Source: Deferribacterales bacterium (lineage in GTDB: Bacteria; Chrysiogenota; Deferribacteres; Deferribacterales; Geovibrionaceae). Taken from it: a DNA stretch of 64,000 nt. The stretch covers positions 1 to 64,000 of the forward strand of contig JBFWJS010000003.1 in the NCBI GenBank assembly GCA_050253075.1. The letters run 5' to 3'. The notes under the pieces are model-generated. The model was not told the origin of the DNA and made no database searches. It was given only the letters and a program-made list of their open reading frames with translations. This document shows positions 8,092-18,180 of the stretch, one piece after another. Position numbers and translations under genes: made by a program. How positions within the stretch are numbered: position 1 is the stretch's first letter; every line of letters begins with the position of its first letter.

Positions 8092-9123
8092 CTAATATAT
8101 TGTATTGTTAATCCTGAAAGCACCAATGCTTAAACAGCGAATAATTTGTGATACAAAAGAGCTTTCATTGTCAAACCAAGCTGATAGTTTTATTTGGAAA
8201 GTATTCTGAGATGTCCTACACACTTCTGTTTGTGTCGCATCAAAAAGTGATGCATAACGAATGCCTATGATATCAGAAGAAACTAATTCTTCTTCTGTAT
8301 ATCCAAAAAATTCTGAGGATGCAGATTTCATTACATCATTGAGTTCTTCTGCTGTAGCATTTTCTCTTTGTATTTCAGCAATGAAATTTATATAACATCC
8401 TGCCTGTACTGGGACTCTGACAGCAGAACCATATAGCTTGCCGTTTAAAGAAGGAATAACTCTTCCTACTGCTGTGGCTGCTTCTGCTGAGGTTGGGATG
8501 ATATTGCATGCTGCGGCTCTTGAGCGTCTAAAGTCATTATTTTTTTGTGCGTTATCCACAAGAACTTGGCTTGCTGTATATCCGTGAACAGTCAGCATGT
8601 TTCCCGCTAAGATATTGGCATATTTGCTTAATGCTTGTACTATTGGCGCAAGGGCATTTGTAGAGCAAGATGCCGCTGAGATTATACAGTCATCAGGTGT
8701 CAAAATTTCTGTATTAACTCCGTATACTACAGTTGGTATTTCATGACCAGCAGGAGCTGATAATATAACTTTCTTTGCCCCTGCATCAAGATGCTTTTGT
8801 GCTTTAATTTTAGTAAGGTAAGCTCCTGAACAGTCGATTACAACATCGATATCATGTTTGCCCCATGACAGACTATCTGGAGCAATTTCATGAGTTATAT
8901 GTATATGTTTTCCATTTACTGCTATGAAATCACAGCCTGTCTCTACTTCATTGTGCATGTCCATTGTGCCGAGAGTAGTGTCATGTTTTAGCAAGTAAGA
9001 CATCATCTCTGTAGATGCGGGGTCGTTTATTATTTTTATTTCATATCTATTATCGTTAATGATCTGTTTAAATAAAACTCTGCCTATTCTTCCGAACCCA
9101 TTAATTGCAATTTTTTTAATCAT
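8092..9123 (-). CDS. gap: Type I glyceraldehyde-3-phosphate dehydrogenase (accessory copy)
   Basis: INGFGRIGR, catalytic ASCSTNAL, VHGYT, RAAACNIIPTS and RVPV motifs. Confidence 0.92.
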   Translation of the reverse strand: MIKKIAINGFGRIGRVLFKQIINDNRYEIKIINDPASTEMMSYLLKHDTTLGTMDMHNEVETGCDFIAVNGKHIHITHEIAPDSLSWGKHDIDVVIDCSGAYLTKIKAQKHLDAGAKKVILSAPAGHEIPTVVYGVNTEILTPDDCIISAASCSTNALAPIVQALSKYANILAGNMLTVHGYTASQVLVDNAQKNNDFRRSRAAACNIIPTSAEAATAVGRVIPSLNGKLYGSAVRVPVQAGCYINFIAEIQRENATAEELNDVMKSASSEFFGYTEEELVSSDIIGIRYASLFDATQTEVCRTSQNTFQIKLSAWFDNESSFVSQIIRCLSIGAFRINNTIY

Positions 9124-9297
9124 TAAATCACTCCTAGTATTATCAAGGCCTAATATTTCATTGTATATAACCTAATAGCTCTTGTTGTTCGTCAAACATT
9201 GTGCTTAAATACACTAAATAATACTAAAATATATATAGATTATATTTTATATCTCATTTTAAATTATTTCGCACATTTGTCAAGATTTGGAGGCTTT

Positions 9298-10212
9298 ATG
9301 AAATCAAGAGACGAGCTTTCCGTAGAAGATATTAGTGAAATACTAAAAATCAGTAAGAGCAAGGTTTATAGCTTGATAAAGAGTGGAGAATTGCCATCTT
9401 ACAAAGTTGGACGGAAAATTCGTTTTTCAGATGATGATATCAAATCGTATATTAAAGGTCTGAAGCAAGCGAGTACGCCTGTTACGCATAAAGCAATCGG
9501 TGGTACGGCGAATAAAGGGTTCGTCTTATGTGGTCAGGATATAATATTGGATATACTCTCAAATTATATGCGGCAGCATAATACACCTGCATTGCGGGCG
9601 TACATTGGGAGCTACGATAGCCTTATTGCTCTTTATCGGAATCAGGTTAGTGTAGCATCAGCCCACCTTTGGGACAGCGACACTGATACCTATAATGTAC
9701 CTTATGTGCGGAGGCTGTTGCCTGGAATTCCTGCTGTTATTGTTCACCTGACTTGCCGCATTCAAGGCTTTTATGTTGCCAAAGGAAACCCAAAAAATAT
9801 AACTAAATGGGATGATTTTGGACGTGACGATATTACTATGGTTAACCGTGAGCAAGGTTCAGGCTCTAGGGTCTTGCTGGATGAAAACCTGAGACTCTTG
9901 GGTATTTTTGGAAGAGACATTTCAGGATATGAAAAAGAAATCCAGTCTCATCTAACGGTTGCAAGCGTTGTTGCTTCAGGAAAGGCAGATGTTGCTATTG
10001 GTTCAGAGAAGATAGCAAAACAAGTTGAAGGTATTGATTTTGTCCCAATTAAAAAGGAACGTTATGACTTAGTATTTAAAAGAGAGGATATGGGTACACC
10101 TGAGATTGAATCGTTATTGAGCATAATACGTTCAGAAACTTTTAGAGATGAATTTTCTCATGTTGGCGGTTACGACACAAAAGATATGGGGAAAATAGTT
10201 ATTGAATTTTAA
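9298..10212 (+). CDS. Excisionase-type HTH regulator fused to a periplasmic-binding-protein-like (molybdate-type) domain
   Basis: N-terminal LKISKSKVYSLIKSGELPSYKVGRKIRF; C-terminal GSYDSL, VNREQGSGSRVLLD, EIQSHLTVA and ERYDLV. Confidence 0.85.
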   Translation: MKSRDELSVEDISEILKISKSKVYSLIKSGELPSYKVGRKIRFSDDDIKSYIKGLKQASTPVTHKAIGGTANKGFVLCGQDIILDILSNYMRQHNTPALRAYIGSYDSLIALYRNQVSVASAHLWDSDTDTYNVPYVRRLLPGIPAVIVHLTCRIQGFYVAKGNPKNITKWDDFGRDDITMVNREQGSGSRVLLDENLRLLGIFGRDISGYEKEIQSHLTVASVVASGKADVAIGSEKIAKQVEGIDFVPIKKERYDLVFKREDMGTPEIESLLSIIRSETFRDEFSHVGGYDTKDMGKIVIEF

Positions 10213-10957
10213 TGAGTTGTCACATGAGGACCTCATGCTTTTATTACCTTTTGCCTTAGGTGCTTTGTCTTGGTTTTTCAGTACGCTGGCAGGAGGAGGC
10301 GGGGCAATGATTTTTGTGCCTGTTTCTGGAATCTTCTTTTCTATCCAGACAGTTGCTCCTGCTGTTGCTGTTGCAGGCTTGCTGTCTGGTTTGAGCAGAA
10401 TAATTTTATACCGAAGATCAATAAATATAAGAGTCTCACTGCTTGTTATGCCCGGAGTCATAATCGGAGCAGTATCGGGAGCTTACTTATTCTCTTTTGT
10501 TAATCCGATATTGATTGCATATTGTCTGGCAGTTTTTTATTTATTGAATGGGGTATGGGCACTTTTTTTCAGAGAAAAGAAGCTGTTTAAAGTTAAAAAC
10601 TGGTATTTCCCAATAGCCGGGGCGATTTCTTCTTTTATATCGGGAATTGTTGGTGTAGGCGGTCCTCTAATGAACCCGTTTTACCTGAACTATGGTATGC
10701 AAAAGGAGATGCTGTTAGGCACCAAAGCTGCTGTAGTTATAGTTATGCAATTATTCAAAGCAGGCACATATACGACAGTGGGTATGATGGATTCAGATGT
10801 CTTGTTTATTGGCTCTATTGCAGGAATTGGGGCTGTTGTGGGCAATTATTTTGGTCGTAGATTCCTTAGGAAAATTAGTGACAGGACGTTCTCTGTAATA
10901 GTTAACCTGATGCTTATTCTTTGTGCCTTTATTGTTGCTTTTAAAAACATACTATGA
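10202..10957 (+). CDS. Sulfite exporter TauE/SafE-family membrane protein
   Basis: About 8 hydrophobic segments with two repeats of the G-GGG motif (AGGGGAMIFVP, GVGGPLM). Confidence 0.85.
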   Translation: MNFNELSHEDLMLLLPFALGALSWFFSTLAGGGGAMIFVPVSGIFFSIQTVAPAVAVAGLLSGLSRIILYRRSINIRVSLLVMPGVIIGAVSGAYLFSFVNPILIAYCLAVFYLLNGVWALFFREKKLFKVKNWYFPIAGAISSFISGIVGVGGPLMNPFYLNYGMQKEMLLGTKAAVVIVMQLFKAGTYTTVGMMDSDVLFIGSIAGIGAVVGNYFGRRFLRKISDRTFSVIVNLMLILCAFIVAFKNIL

Positions 10958-11021
10958 CTAATCAAATTTAACTTTGATGATTATTGGAAGTATCACTCAG
11001 ATTAATTAAGCTGAAATATCA

Positions 11022-11046
11022 TTTACCCCCCTCTGCATTAGCAGAG
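11022..11046 (+). promoter_or_regulatory. Conserved ICE operon leader motif upstream of traA
   Basis: TTTACCCCCCTCTGCATTAGCAGAG. Confidence 0.6.
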
Positions 11047-11072
11047 AACAAAGCATAGGGGGTAATCCTAAA

Positions 11073-11372
11073 ATGAAGAAGAAACATATCCTGACATTCG
11101 TTGCTTTTGCGGCGGCGGTTCTCTGCACATCTATGGCGCAGGCGGCTACAACACCCACAACGGGTGATCTCGCATATTCATGGTATGACATAGCGATGAA
11201 CAAAGTCATCGGCGGCCCGATAGGCTACACAATCGGTGCTGGCGGCGTTGGCTATGGAATTGTAACAGGTATGATCAGCTCAAACCTCAGAACTCCTATA
11301 ATAGCAACTTCGCTATCAGCGGCATGGCTGGGGCTTAATGCCATCGTCTCCACAATGGGTGCTATCTACTAA
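11073..11372 (+). CDS. traA: Conjugative pilin (TraA-like)
   Basis: Signal peptide (AQA) plus two hydrophobic helices; first gene of the operon, before traL. Confidence 0.7.
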   Translation: MKKKHILTFVAFAAAVLCTSMAQAATTPTTGDLAYSWYDIAMNKVIGGPIGYTIGAGGVGYGIVTGMISSNLRTPIIATSLSAAWLGLNAIVSTMGAIY

Positions 11373-11641
11373 TGCGCTCATACGTCCCACAATATCTGCA
11401 CAAACCCGTAAAAATCATGATGCTGGATTCTGATGAGTTCGTGATCCTTGCAAATGGTGTTTTGATAGGTGTCCTCCTGAAAAGCATAGTACTGTTCATA
11501 TCTGTGCTTGCTGTCTTTTTCATTTACAGGAAAGGGAAAGAAAAGCACCCAAGAGGATATTTCAGGCACATTCCGCATATGCTGGGGCTGAAACAGTTCA
11601 GGCATTTTCCGAATATTTTCATCCGCAGTTTCAAGGAATAG
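11372..11641 (+). CDS. traL: TraL
   Basis: VPQYL..P..I...DSDE and KEKHPRGYFRH motifs; gene order. Confidence 0.85.
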   Translation: MRSYVPQYLHKPVKIMMLDSDEFVILANGVLIGVLLKSIVLFISVLAVFFIYRKGKEKHPRGYFRHIPHMLGLKQFRHFPNIFIRSFKE

Positions 11642-11643
11642 CC

Positions 11644-12201
11644 ATGCGTTTTGACAAGTATGTAAGCAGGGCATCCAATCTGTTCATGGAAAATAGGTTG
11701 TGCAAGTTCATCACTGTTATCCTTGCCGCTGTTATCATCATACAGCTCTGGATGCTGAACAACTCTTTCAGAAACCAGAACGCATATCTCATCCCTGCAG
11801 GGCTGGCCACAAAGGCCGCTGTCAGCGGACATTTTCTTGATGCTAACTATGTCCAGGCGATGGGAGTTTATGTAAGCCAGCTCTTATACAATTTCACTCC
11901 GCAGACAGTTGCGAACCAGTACAAAGAGCTTGCCTCGCTGTTTTCCGCAGACTGTTATCAGGAGAATTCAAACAAGCTGATCAGCATGGCAAATGGATAT
12001 ACGGACAATGAGATTTCCATGACTTTCAGGGTGATGGAGATCAAGTCTTTCACAAAGCCGAATGTTATCGAGATATCCGGCGAAACTTCAAAGACAATCC
12101 TTGGCGAGAACGTCCAGTCATTTAAAGCCTCTCTGCTGATTTATTACGATGTATACAACGGGCTTTTCAGGATTACAGCCATAGAGGAGAAGCAATCATG
12201 A
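11644..12201 (+). CDS. traE: TraE
   Basis: Single N-terminal TM helix, LLYNFTPQTV motif, position after traL. Confidence 0.85.
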   Translation: MRFDKYVSRASNLFMENRLCKFITVILAAVIIIQLWMLNNSFRNQNAYLIPAGLATKAAVSGHFLDANYVQAMGVYVSQLLYNFTPQTVANQYKELASLFSADCYQENSNKLISMANGYTDNEISMTFRVMEIKSFTKPNVIEISGETSKTILGENVQSFKASLLIYYDVYNGLFRITAIEEKQS

Positions 12202-12911
12202 GACTGCTGCTGTTATTGTTTCTATTGTTACCAGTGTTTGCAAATGCCGCCATAACCGGTATAGAGCCGGAGGTTGTCACCACTGTCGAGATGTCCAGAT
12301 CAGATATGAATAGAATCGTTTGCCCTTATCCTATTACCGACTTTGCCACTTCCAAAGAGAATAATATGACTTACAAAATATCTGGCAATAACCTGTTTAT
12401 TAAATTTCCGGTTATTGCGGTTACAAAAGACGGGGAACTGATAGAAAAGAAGTATTTTAACGGCTATGCGGAAGTTCATCTTGTCTGTGGTGATGCGGTC
12501 TATTCACTCATTCTGCAAGCGGAACAAAAGAAAACTGAGATTATTTACCTTTCGGATACCGCTGGCAAGATGAAAAAGGTAAACGAATATGTGCGCTCTA
12601 AAAGCTATGAAGATCTGATGACAGAGTTTATCCAGGCTCTGATAGAAAACAAGCCGCTTAACGATTTTTATATGAATGAGTCAGATGAAAAAGAGAGCTA
12701 CAGAGGGGTGAATATTTCAGTTTCCAGAGTGATGATCGGCGGCGGGTATATCGTGAAAGAGCTGATTCTGGAGTCCAAAGAGAAGGTAAGTCTCACGAAC
12801 ACAGAGCTCTTGAAACTGGAGATGCTGAGCAATGTAAAGGCGGTGGCGTTGCTGTCGCCGACATTTTCCGGAATGACAAAGGCATATGTAGTGCAGGGGA
12901 AGGTTAAATGA
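12198..12911 (+). CDS. traK: TraK secretin-like protein
   Basis: Signal peptide, MSRSDMNRIVCP and YSLIL motifs; gene order. Confidence 0.8.
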   Translation: MRLLLLLFLLLPVFANAAITGIEPEVVTTVEMSRSDMNRIVCPYPITDFATSKENNMTYKISGNNLFIKFPVIAVTKDGELIEKKYFNGYAEVHLVCGDAVYSLILQAEQKKTEIIYLSDTAGKMKKVNEYVRSKSYEDLMTEFIQALIENKPLNDFYMNESDEKESYRGVNISVSRVMIGGGYIVKELILESKEKVSLTNTELLKLEMLSNVKAVALLSPTFSGMTKAYVVQGKVK

Positions 12912-14083
12912 GTCTCAGAGAGAAATACGCCACCCTTGCTCCTGAAACCAAGAAGAAGCTGAACATAGCGATAGTTCTGTTTATTGGGGCGGTTATTCTG
13001 ACCCTTATGTACTATGCGTCCGGAGCTTCTAAAAAGAGACCCGCTGCTGTCGCCAGAACTACTGTGAATGCGAAAAACTTCAGTACAAAAGAGGACAGGA
13101 ATACCAGCCTTCTGCTCGGTATTGATAAGAAGTTCAGCGATGTCCTGAAGCGGGTGGAAGAGCTTGAGAAACGCAGACAGGAAGTGTCGTTCGGTAATCA
13201 GCCGTATCAGGCTCAGAAGCCAGATAAAGTGATTGCCGCCGGAGAGACTGATTTTCAGAAATCCGTCAATTCAGGCGGCATAAGGTATCCGCAGGAAAAC
13301 AACAATATCGAGTTTGACAAACCAAAGGATAAAAAGAACAGACCGACTGAAACAATAATTTCCGGAATAGACTATATTTCGATACCTGTATCGCAGGAGA
13401 CTGAGCAAAAAAAAAGTAATCCGGTGAAGGTGAATTATGTGCCGTCCAATTCCATTTTTAAAGCGGTTCTGCTCACCGGTGTTTATGCCAAAACATCAGC
13501 GCAGGGGAAGGCGAACCCGACTCCGGTAATCTTCCGCCTTACAGACCTGTCATTCTTTCCGAATGAGGTCAGGCGAAACCTTGCTGGCTGTTATGTTGGC
13601 GGCGAGGCACATGCGGAGCTATCAGACGAACGGGTGCATACCAGACTGACAAGCTTTTCATGCATCACCTCAGACAGGAAACAGGTTGTAGACATACCTG
13701 TAACAGGTAGAGTTCAGGGCGGAGATGGCTCTGTTGGCATAGCCGGAAAGGTTATCTCAAAGCAGGAGGCCGCTCTGCTTCTTGCTGGCGTGTCTGGATT
13801 TATAGAAGGCGGAGCAGAAGGGTTCAGTGCCGCAAACAGCACTCAGAATGTCAATGTTTTCGGAACTTCACAGCAGACATATACAGATGATCAGATAGCC
13901 CGAAATGCAATTGGAAAAGGTGTTGGCAAGAGTGCAGGTGTGCTTACTGATTTCTTCGAAGACCTTCTGCAGGAGATAAAACCTGTAATCCATGCGCAGG
14001 GGGGACAGGAGGTTGAGCTTATTATATCGAAAGGATTTTCACTTGAACTGGAGGACTGGCAATGGACAGGTATAAAATATTAG
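12908..14083 (+). CDS. traB: TraB (VirB10-like)
   Basis: TM helix and coiled coil, then PSNSIFKAVLLTG, ELSDERV and DGSVGIAGKVISK. Confidence 0.9.
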   Translation: MSLREKYATLAPETKKKLNIAIVLFIGAVILTLMYYASGASKKRPAAVARTTVNAKNFSTKEDRNTSLLLGIDKKFSDVLKRVEELEKRRQEVSFGNQPYQAQKPDKVIAAGETDFQKSVNSGGIRYPQENNNIEFDKPKDKKNRPTETIISGIDYISIPVSQETEQKKSNPVKVNYVPSNSIFKAVLLTGVYAKTSAQGKANPTPVIFRLTDLSFFPNEVRRNLAGCYVGGEAHAELSDERVHTRLTSFSCITSDRKQVVDIPVTGRVQGGDGSVGIAGKVISKQEAALLLAGVSGFIEGGAEGFSAANSTQNVNVFGTSQQTYTDDQIARNAIGKGVGKSAGVLTDFFEDLLQEIKPVIHAQGGQEVELIISKGFSLELEDWQWTGIKY

Positions 14084-14460
14084 TGGTTATTCTGGCGGTC
14101 GCTGTTCTTAACGGCTGTATATATAATACTGATCTCGGATGCGAAGGTTTCAAAGATGCTGGCCGCAGCTGCAAGCCTGTTACCAGCAATGTTGAATATG
14201 CCGTTGAAAAAGAGAAAGAGACTGAGATTGCAAAGACTGAACATGAAAAGGATGTGGATGACCTCATAAACTACAGCATTAATCTGGGCGAAACAAACCC
14301 GCTGACCACCAAAGCGAAGACACTGAAGGTTACAATACTTCCCTATGTTGATGACACAGGCAGGCTCCATATGCTCAGCAGTCTTTATATAATCATACAG
14401 AAGCCCGACTGGATAATAGGCGATTATCTGATTCCTGCGGACAAGGGTGCCGTCCAATGA
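14062..14460 (+). CDS. traV: TraV lipoprotein
   Basis: Lipobox LNGC, a Cys pair, and KVTILPYVDDTGRLH. Confidence 0.8.
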   Translation: MDRYKILVVILAVAVLNGCIYNTDLGCEGFKDAGRSCKPVTSNVEYAVEKEKETEIAKTEHEKDVDDLINYSINLGETNPLTTKAKTLKVTILPYVDDTGRLHMLSSLYIIIQKPDWIIGDYLIPADKGAVQ

Positions 14461-17231
14461 TCTCTTGTCTGAAAAGAGCAGTTACAGGAGATAACGGCGG
14501 ACTGCTGAAATCTGATATTCAGGTTAAAAGGGAGCAGTTCAGCTCGCTCTTCCCCTATGTCAGCTATGATGAAAAGACAGAAAGCTATTTCCTGCGTGAT
14601 AATTCTGTCGGCTGGATATGGGAATGCAGTCCGGTTCTTTTCGCCGATGATAATATATTCAATCAGATAGCATCAGTCATAAGGGGCGCAGAAGCTCCGG
14701 ATACCATCATTCAGTATATGCTTTTTGCTGATCCCTTTATTGATCAGATTGCAGATGGATATAAAAACCTTCGAGGCCAGAATAAAAAGATTCTGCCTAT
14801 TCATTCCCAGCTTATAGATGACTATTCAGAGTTTATAAGGAAGCATGGGAGCCGTGGGATGTGGCAGCTGTCCGGCACTCCGCTGCGGCACTTCAGACTG
14901 TTTATTTCAGTCAGGATTCCTGTTAAGGCGGATGCGTCCACGAACATCGGTAAATACAGAAAAGAAGTTGCCGGACATCTTGACTATATATCAAACGTAA
15001 AAGAATCCATGAAACTGTTTAATCCTCTGCCAGTGAAGCCGGACAGGCTTATAACTATGATTTACAGGCTGGTGAATCCTGACCTGGAGCACAATAAAAC
15101 GATTGAGTGGGATGAGAATATCCCGATACATAAGCAGATTTTATATTCAGATACAGAGGTCGAGCGTGCTAAGCATTCGATAAGGTTTAACGGCAGGCGT
15201 GTTGGGATACTGACACCTAAGAAACTGCCCAGAGAGATAGATAACCTTTTTGCGAATGACCTGATTGGGTATGTAAGCAAAGGGATCACTGCGGCGGAGA
15301 ATGATATAAACCAGCTCCAGTGTCCTTTCATATACAGCGTTAACATAATCATAAACAAGAATCTGAAGTCGAGGCTTCAGACAAAAGCTGTTCAGAACTC
15401 AAAAGCCACAGAGAGTGCAAATAAAGACGGCAGGCACTTTGATGCTTTCGCCGCAGGCACCAACAACAGGAAACAAGAAAATTTATATGTGGCTCAGAGA
15501 TATGAGATGGGGGAAAGGTTCGTTCATGTAATACCTCAACTGATGATATTGGCCGATGGTGAGGATGAACTTACATCAAAACTGAACAGGGCAAAATCCA
15601 TATGGAACACCTGCGGTGTGGAGTGTCAGACAGAGCGGGATTACCTCTTGCACGTGCTTTTCATCGCAGGGTTGCCATGTGGTATGTATCACAGCAATTT
15701 TCAGGATTTGGACAGAGACTTTATTCTGGACAGCAAAGGGGCTTCTCTCTTTGCGCCGGTTCAGGCGAGCTTTTCAGGAGTGGGAACTCCGGTGCTGCTG
15801 TATATAGACCGCAGGGGCGAGCTTGTCAGTCTCGACATATTCAATACCGGAAAAAACAAGAACGCATTTGTTACCGGAGGAACAGGAGCGGGGAAGTCAT
15901 TCTTTATGAACGGCTTCGTGAACTCTTATATGTCAATCGGTGCGAAGTTCCGTATTATTACCGTTTGCGATTCATATAGGAAAGCCTGCTACATGACCGA
16001 TGGTCAGTATATTGAGCATGATGAAAGCGGAATGGTTCTGAATTTCTTTGAGGCGGCCGGAGTAGTCAAAGGGACTCTGCTGCAGTCAGTAAGCCATAAC
16101 GGAGTGACCTATCCTGCAAGGACAAAGGTTGAGATTCTTGAGCAGGGAGAGTCTGAAGTAAAGATACTTGTGAACGATACGGATGTTTTATATGTGCGCT
16201 CAGAAAACGTAGGCAGTTACTGCATTGAGCTGGACGGAGATACGCTCATTATGCTCACAGGTATTCTGGCATCAATGGTGACTTCCCGTGCTGGTGCGGA
16301 GCTGAACGAGGATGAGCTGACCATTATAGAAAATGCTGTGTCTTACATGTTCAGCGTGAAGGGCAGAGAGACAATGATAGATGATATTCACGATTATCTG
16401 ATGAATATATCGGAATATCATGCACAGGACGACAGAAGTAAGTATCACAGGGATACAGCCTACAGGCTGGCATTGAGGCTCGGCAAATACTGCTCCGGCG
16501 GACAGTACGGACACTTTTTTAACGGTAAAAGCACAGTCAGGTTCAAAAGCGATCTGGTGGTTGCTGACCTTACAAAGACACCTGTTGATCTGCGGAAAGT
16601 TATTGTCCTTGCCTTTGCCAATATCATTGAACAGGAAATTTATAAAGGAGATAGAAAGACTCCTCAGTTTGTGGTGCTTGATGAAAGCTGGCAGACTCTT
16701 TCAGAAAACCCATATGCAGCAAGGTTCGTTGAAGGACTTTACCGCAAGGCCAGAAAATATAATGCGTCAGTTATTATCATTACACAGTCGCTTCACGACC
16801 TTTCTCCGGAAGGCAAGCTGAGCTATCTGGGCAATGTGATCCAGACACAGTCAGACTTTGCTTTTAACCTTTATGACAAAACATTCAATTTCGCATACGA
16901 GAACAAGATTCTTGATATAAGCGAGTTTGAGATGCAGATGCTTATAGACAAAATTCCTAAAAACTCCCTGCCGAAATATTCCGAGATATACCTTCAGACT
17001 CCGTATGGCAACACTGTTGTCCGCTTCATAGTCGATGAAACCGGATACTTTATGAATACATCAGACCCAGTTGACTATCTTTATATTAAAAAGATCGCAG
17101 ACAGATACCTCGCCGAAGGGATGTCCAGACAGGAGGCCATGAGTATGGCTGTGAGGGACTGTGTCTCACTCGCAAAAGAACTTGGCGGCGTTGGCGAGTT
17201 TAAAAAATATCTGGCGGCAAAGGGGGTTTGA
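14457..17231 (+). CDS. traC: TraC (VirB4-like ATPase)
   Basis: Walker A GGTGAGKS, Walker B VVLDESW and RKARKYNASVIIITQS. Confidence 0.93.
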   Translation: MISCLKRAVTGDNGGLLKSDIQVKREQFSSLFPYVSYDEKTESYFLRDNSVGWIWECSPVLFADDNIFNQIASVIRGAEAPDTIIQYMLFADPFIDQIADGYKNLRGQNKKILPIHSQLIDDYSEFIRKHGSRGMWQLSGTPLRHFRLFISVRIPVKADASTNIGKYRKEVAGHLDYISNVKESMKLFNPLPVKPDRLITMIYRLVNPDLEHNKTIEWDENIPIHKQILYSDTEVERAKHSIRFNGRRVGILTPKKLPREIDNLFANDLIGYVSKGITAAENDINQLQCPFIYSVNIIINKNLKSRLQTKAVQNSKATESANKDGRHFDAFAAGTNNRKQENLYVAQRYEMGERFVHVIPQLMILADGEDELTSKLNRAKSIWNTCGVECQTERDYLLHVLFIAGLPCGMYHSNFQDLDRDFILDSKGASLFAPVQASFSGVGTPVLLYIDRRGELVSLDIFNTGKNKNAFVTGGTGAGKSFFMNGFVNSYMSIGAKFRIITVCDSYRKACYMTDGQYIEHDESGMVLNFFEAAGVVKGTLLQSVSHNGVTYPARTKVEILEQGESEVKILVNDTDVLYVRSENVGSYCIELDGDTLIMLTGILASMVTSRAGAELNEDELTIIENAVSYMFSVKGRETMIDDIHDYLMNISEYHAQDDRSKYHRDTAYRLALRLGKYCSGGQYGHFFNGKSTVRFKSDLVVADLTKTPVDLRKVIVLAFANIIEQEIYKGDRKTPQFVVLDESWQTLSENPYAARFVEGLYRKARKYNASVIIITQSLHDLSPEGKLSYLGNVIQTQSDFAFNLYDKTFNFAYENKILDISEFEMQMLIDKIPKNSLPKYSEIYLQTPYGNTVVRFIVDETGYFMNTSDPVDYLYIKKIADRYLAEGMSRQEAMSMAVRDCVSLAKELGGVGEFKKYLAAKGV

Positions 17232-17530
17232 TGAGAACACTTCTTATGGTGATGGCCATTCTTATCTCAATATCTGCTTACCACCTTTTTGTGGTGGATA
17301 AGCTATATCTCAAATATTCCTCTGTAGCTGTTCTGGATATAAACAGCATACTCATGAAGCTTGAGGATGACCTCTATGCTGATAAGCTGACCACAGCTGA
17401 GTATAAGGAGAAAACTGAAACAATAAGAGACCGCTTGGAGAGTGAAAATGGTTTGGTTCTGAATTCATCCGGAGTGGTCAAAGGAACTTTCAGAGACCTT
17501 ACTCCTGAGTATATGCTGCTGGTGAAGTAA
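17231..17530 (+). CDS. Small bitopic membrane protein, possibly TrbI-like
   Basis: N-terminal TM helix; lies between traC and traW where trbI usually sits. Confidence 0.45.
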   Translation: MRTLLMVMAILISISAYHLFVVDKLYLKYSSVAVLDINSILMKLEDDLYADKLTTAEYKEKTETIRDRLESENGLVLNSSGVVKGTFRDLTPEYMLLVK

Positions 17531-18180
17531 TGAGGGTTTTGTTCATTATTATCGTTTTTGCGGTGCCTCTTTTTGCTAAAGACTTGGGGACATTCGGCAC
17601 TACCTATGGGATAGCTGAGAAAGACATCATAACCGAGATAGAAAAACGTACCTCAGAGACCGACTGGCAGGGGAAATTTGAGGCTGAAAAAGACAGGCTT
17701 CGGAAAGAAGCTGGTCTGGCAAGTATGTCGCTGCCGCCTGCAGAGAAAGACCGCAGCTACTATGTCGATATGACATATACACTTGAAAAAGATATACCGA
17801 AGGTGGATACATCCGGAAACATCATAGGGGCTCTTTATAGCAAGGGCTTCACCTATAATCCTCTCAACTATGCCGACATCACCGAGACTTATGTGATTCT
17901 GAACGGCACAAGAGAGACTGAGCTGCAGTGGTTCAGTAAATACTACAAGGACGATTACAGAGCATACCCGCTTATTACAGAAGGGGACGCTTTTGAAGTT
18001 GCTGAGAAACTGGGCAGAGGCGTGTTTAAACTTGATTCTCAGTTTCGTGAGAGGTTTGCGATAAAGAATACGGTAAGTGTTATATACGAGGATTTCAGCC
18101 GCAGGATGATGCGTGTTGATGTGATAAAGGTCAAAGATGAAAAAGATTCTGATAATAATATTTCTGCTGTCAGCAAATAG
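17530..18180 (+). CDS. traW: TraW
   Basis: AKDLGTFGTTYGIAEKD and G.TYNPL motifs. Confidence 0.88.
   Translation: MRVLFIIIVFAVPLFAKDLGTFGTTYGIAEKDIITEIEKRTSETDWQGKFEAEKDRLRKEAGLASMSLPPAEKDRSYYVDMTYTLEKDIPKVDTSGNIIGALYSKGFTYNPLNYADITETYVILNGTRETELQWFSKYYKDDYRAYPLITEGDAFEVAEKLGRGVFKLDSQFRERFAIKNTVSVIYEDFSRRMMRVDVIKVKDEKDSDNNISAVSK

Noticed and set aside
13407..13415. A9 tract in traB as a phase-variation site
   Set aside because: The frame is intact and A-runs are common in Lys-rich linkers here.
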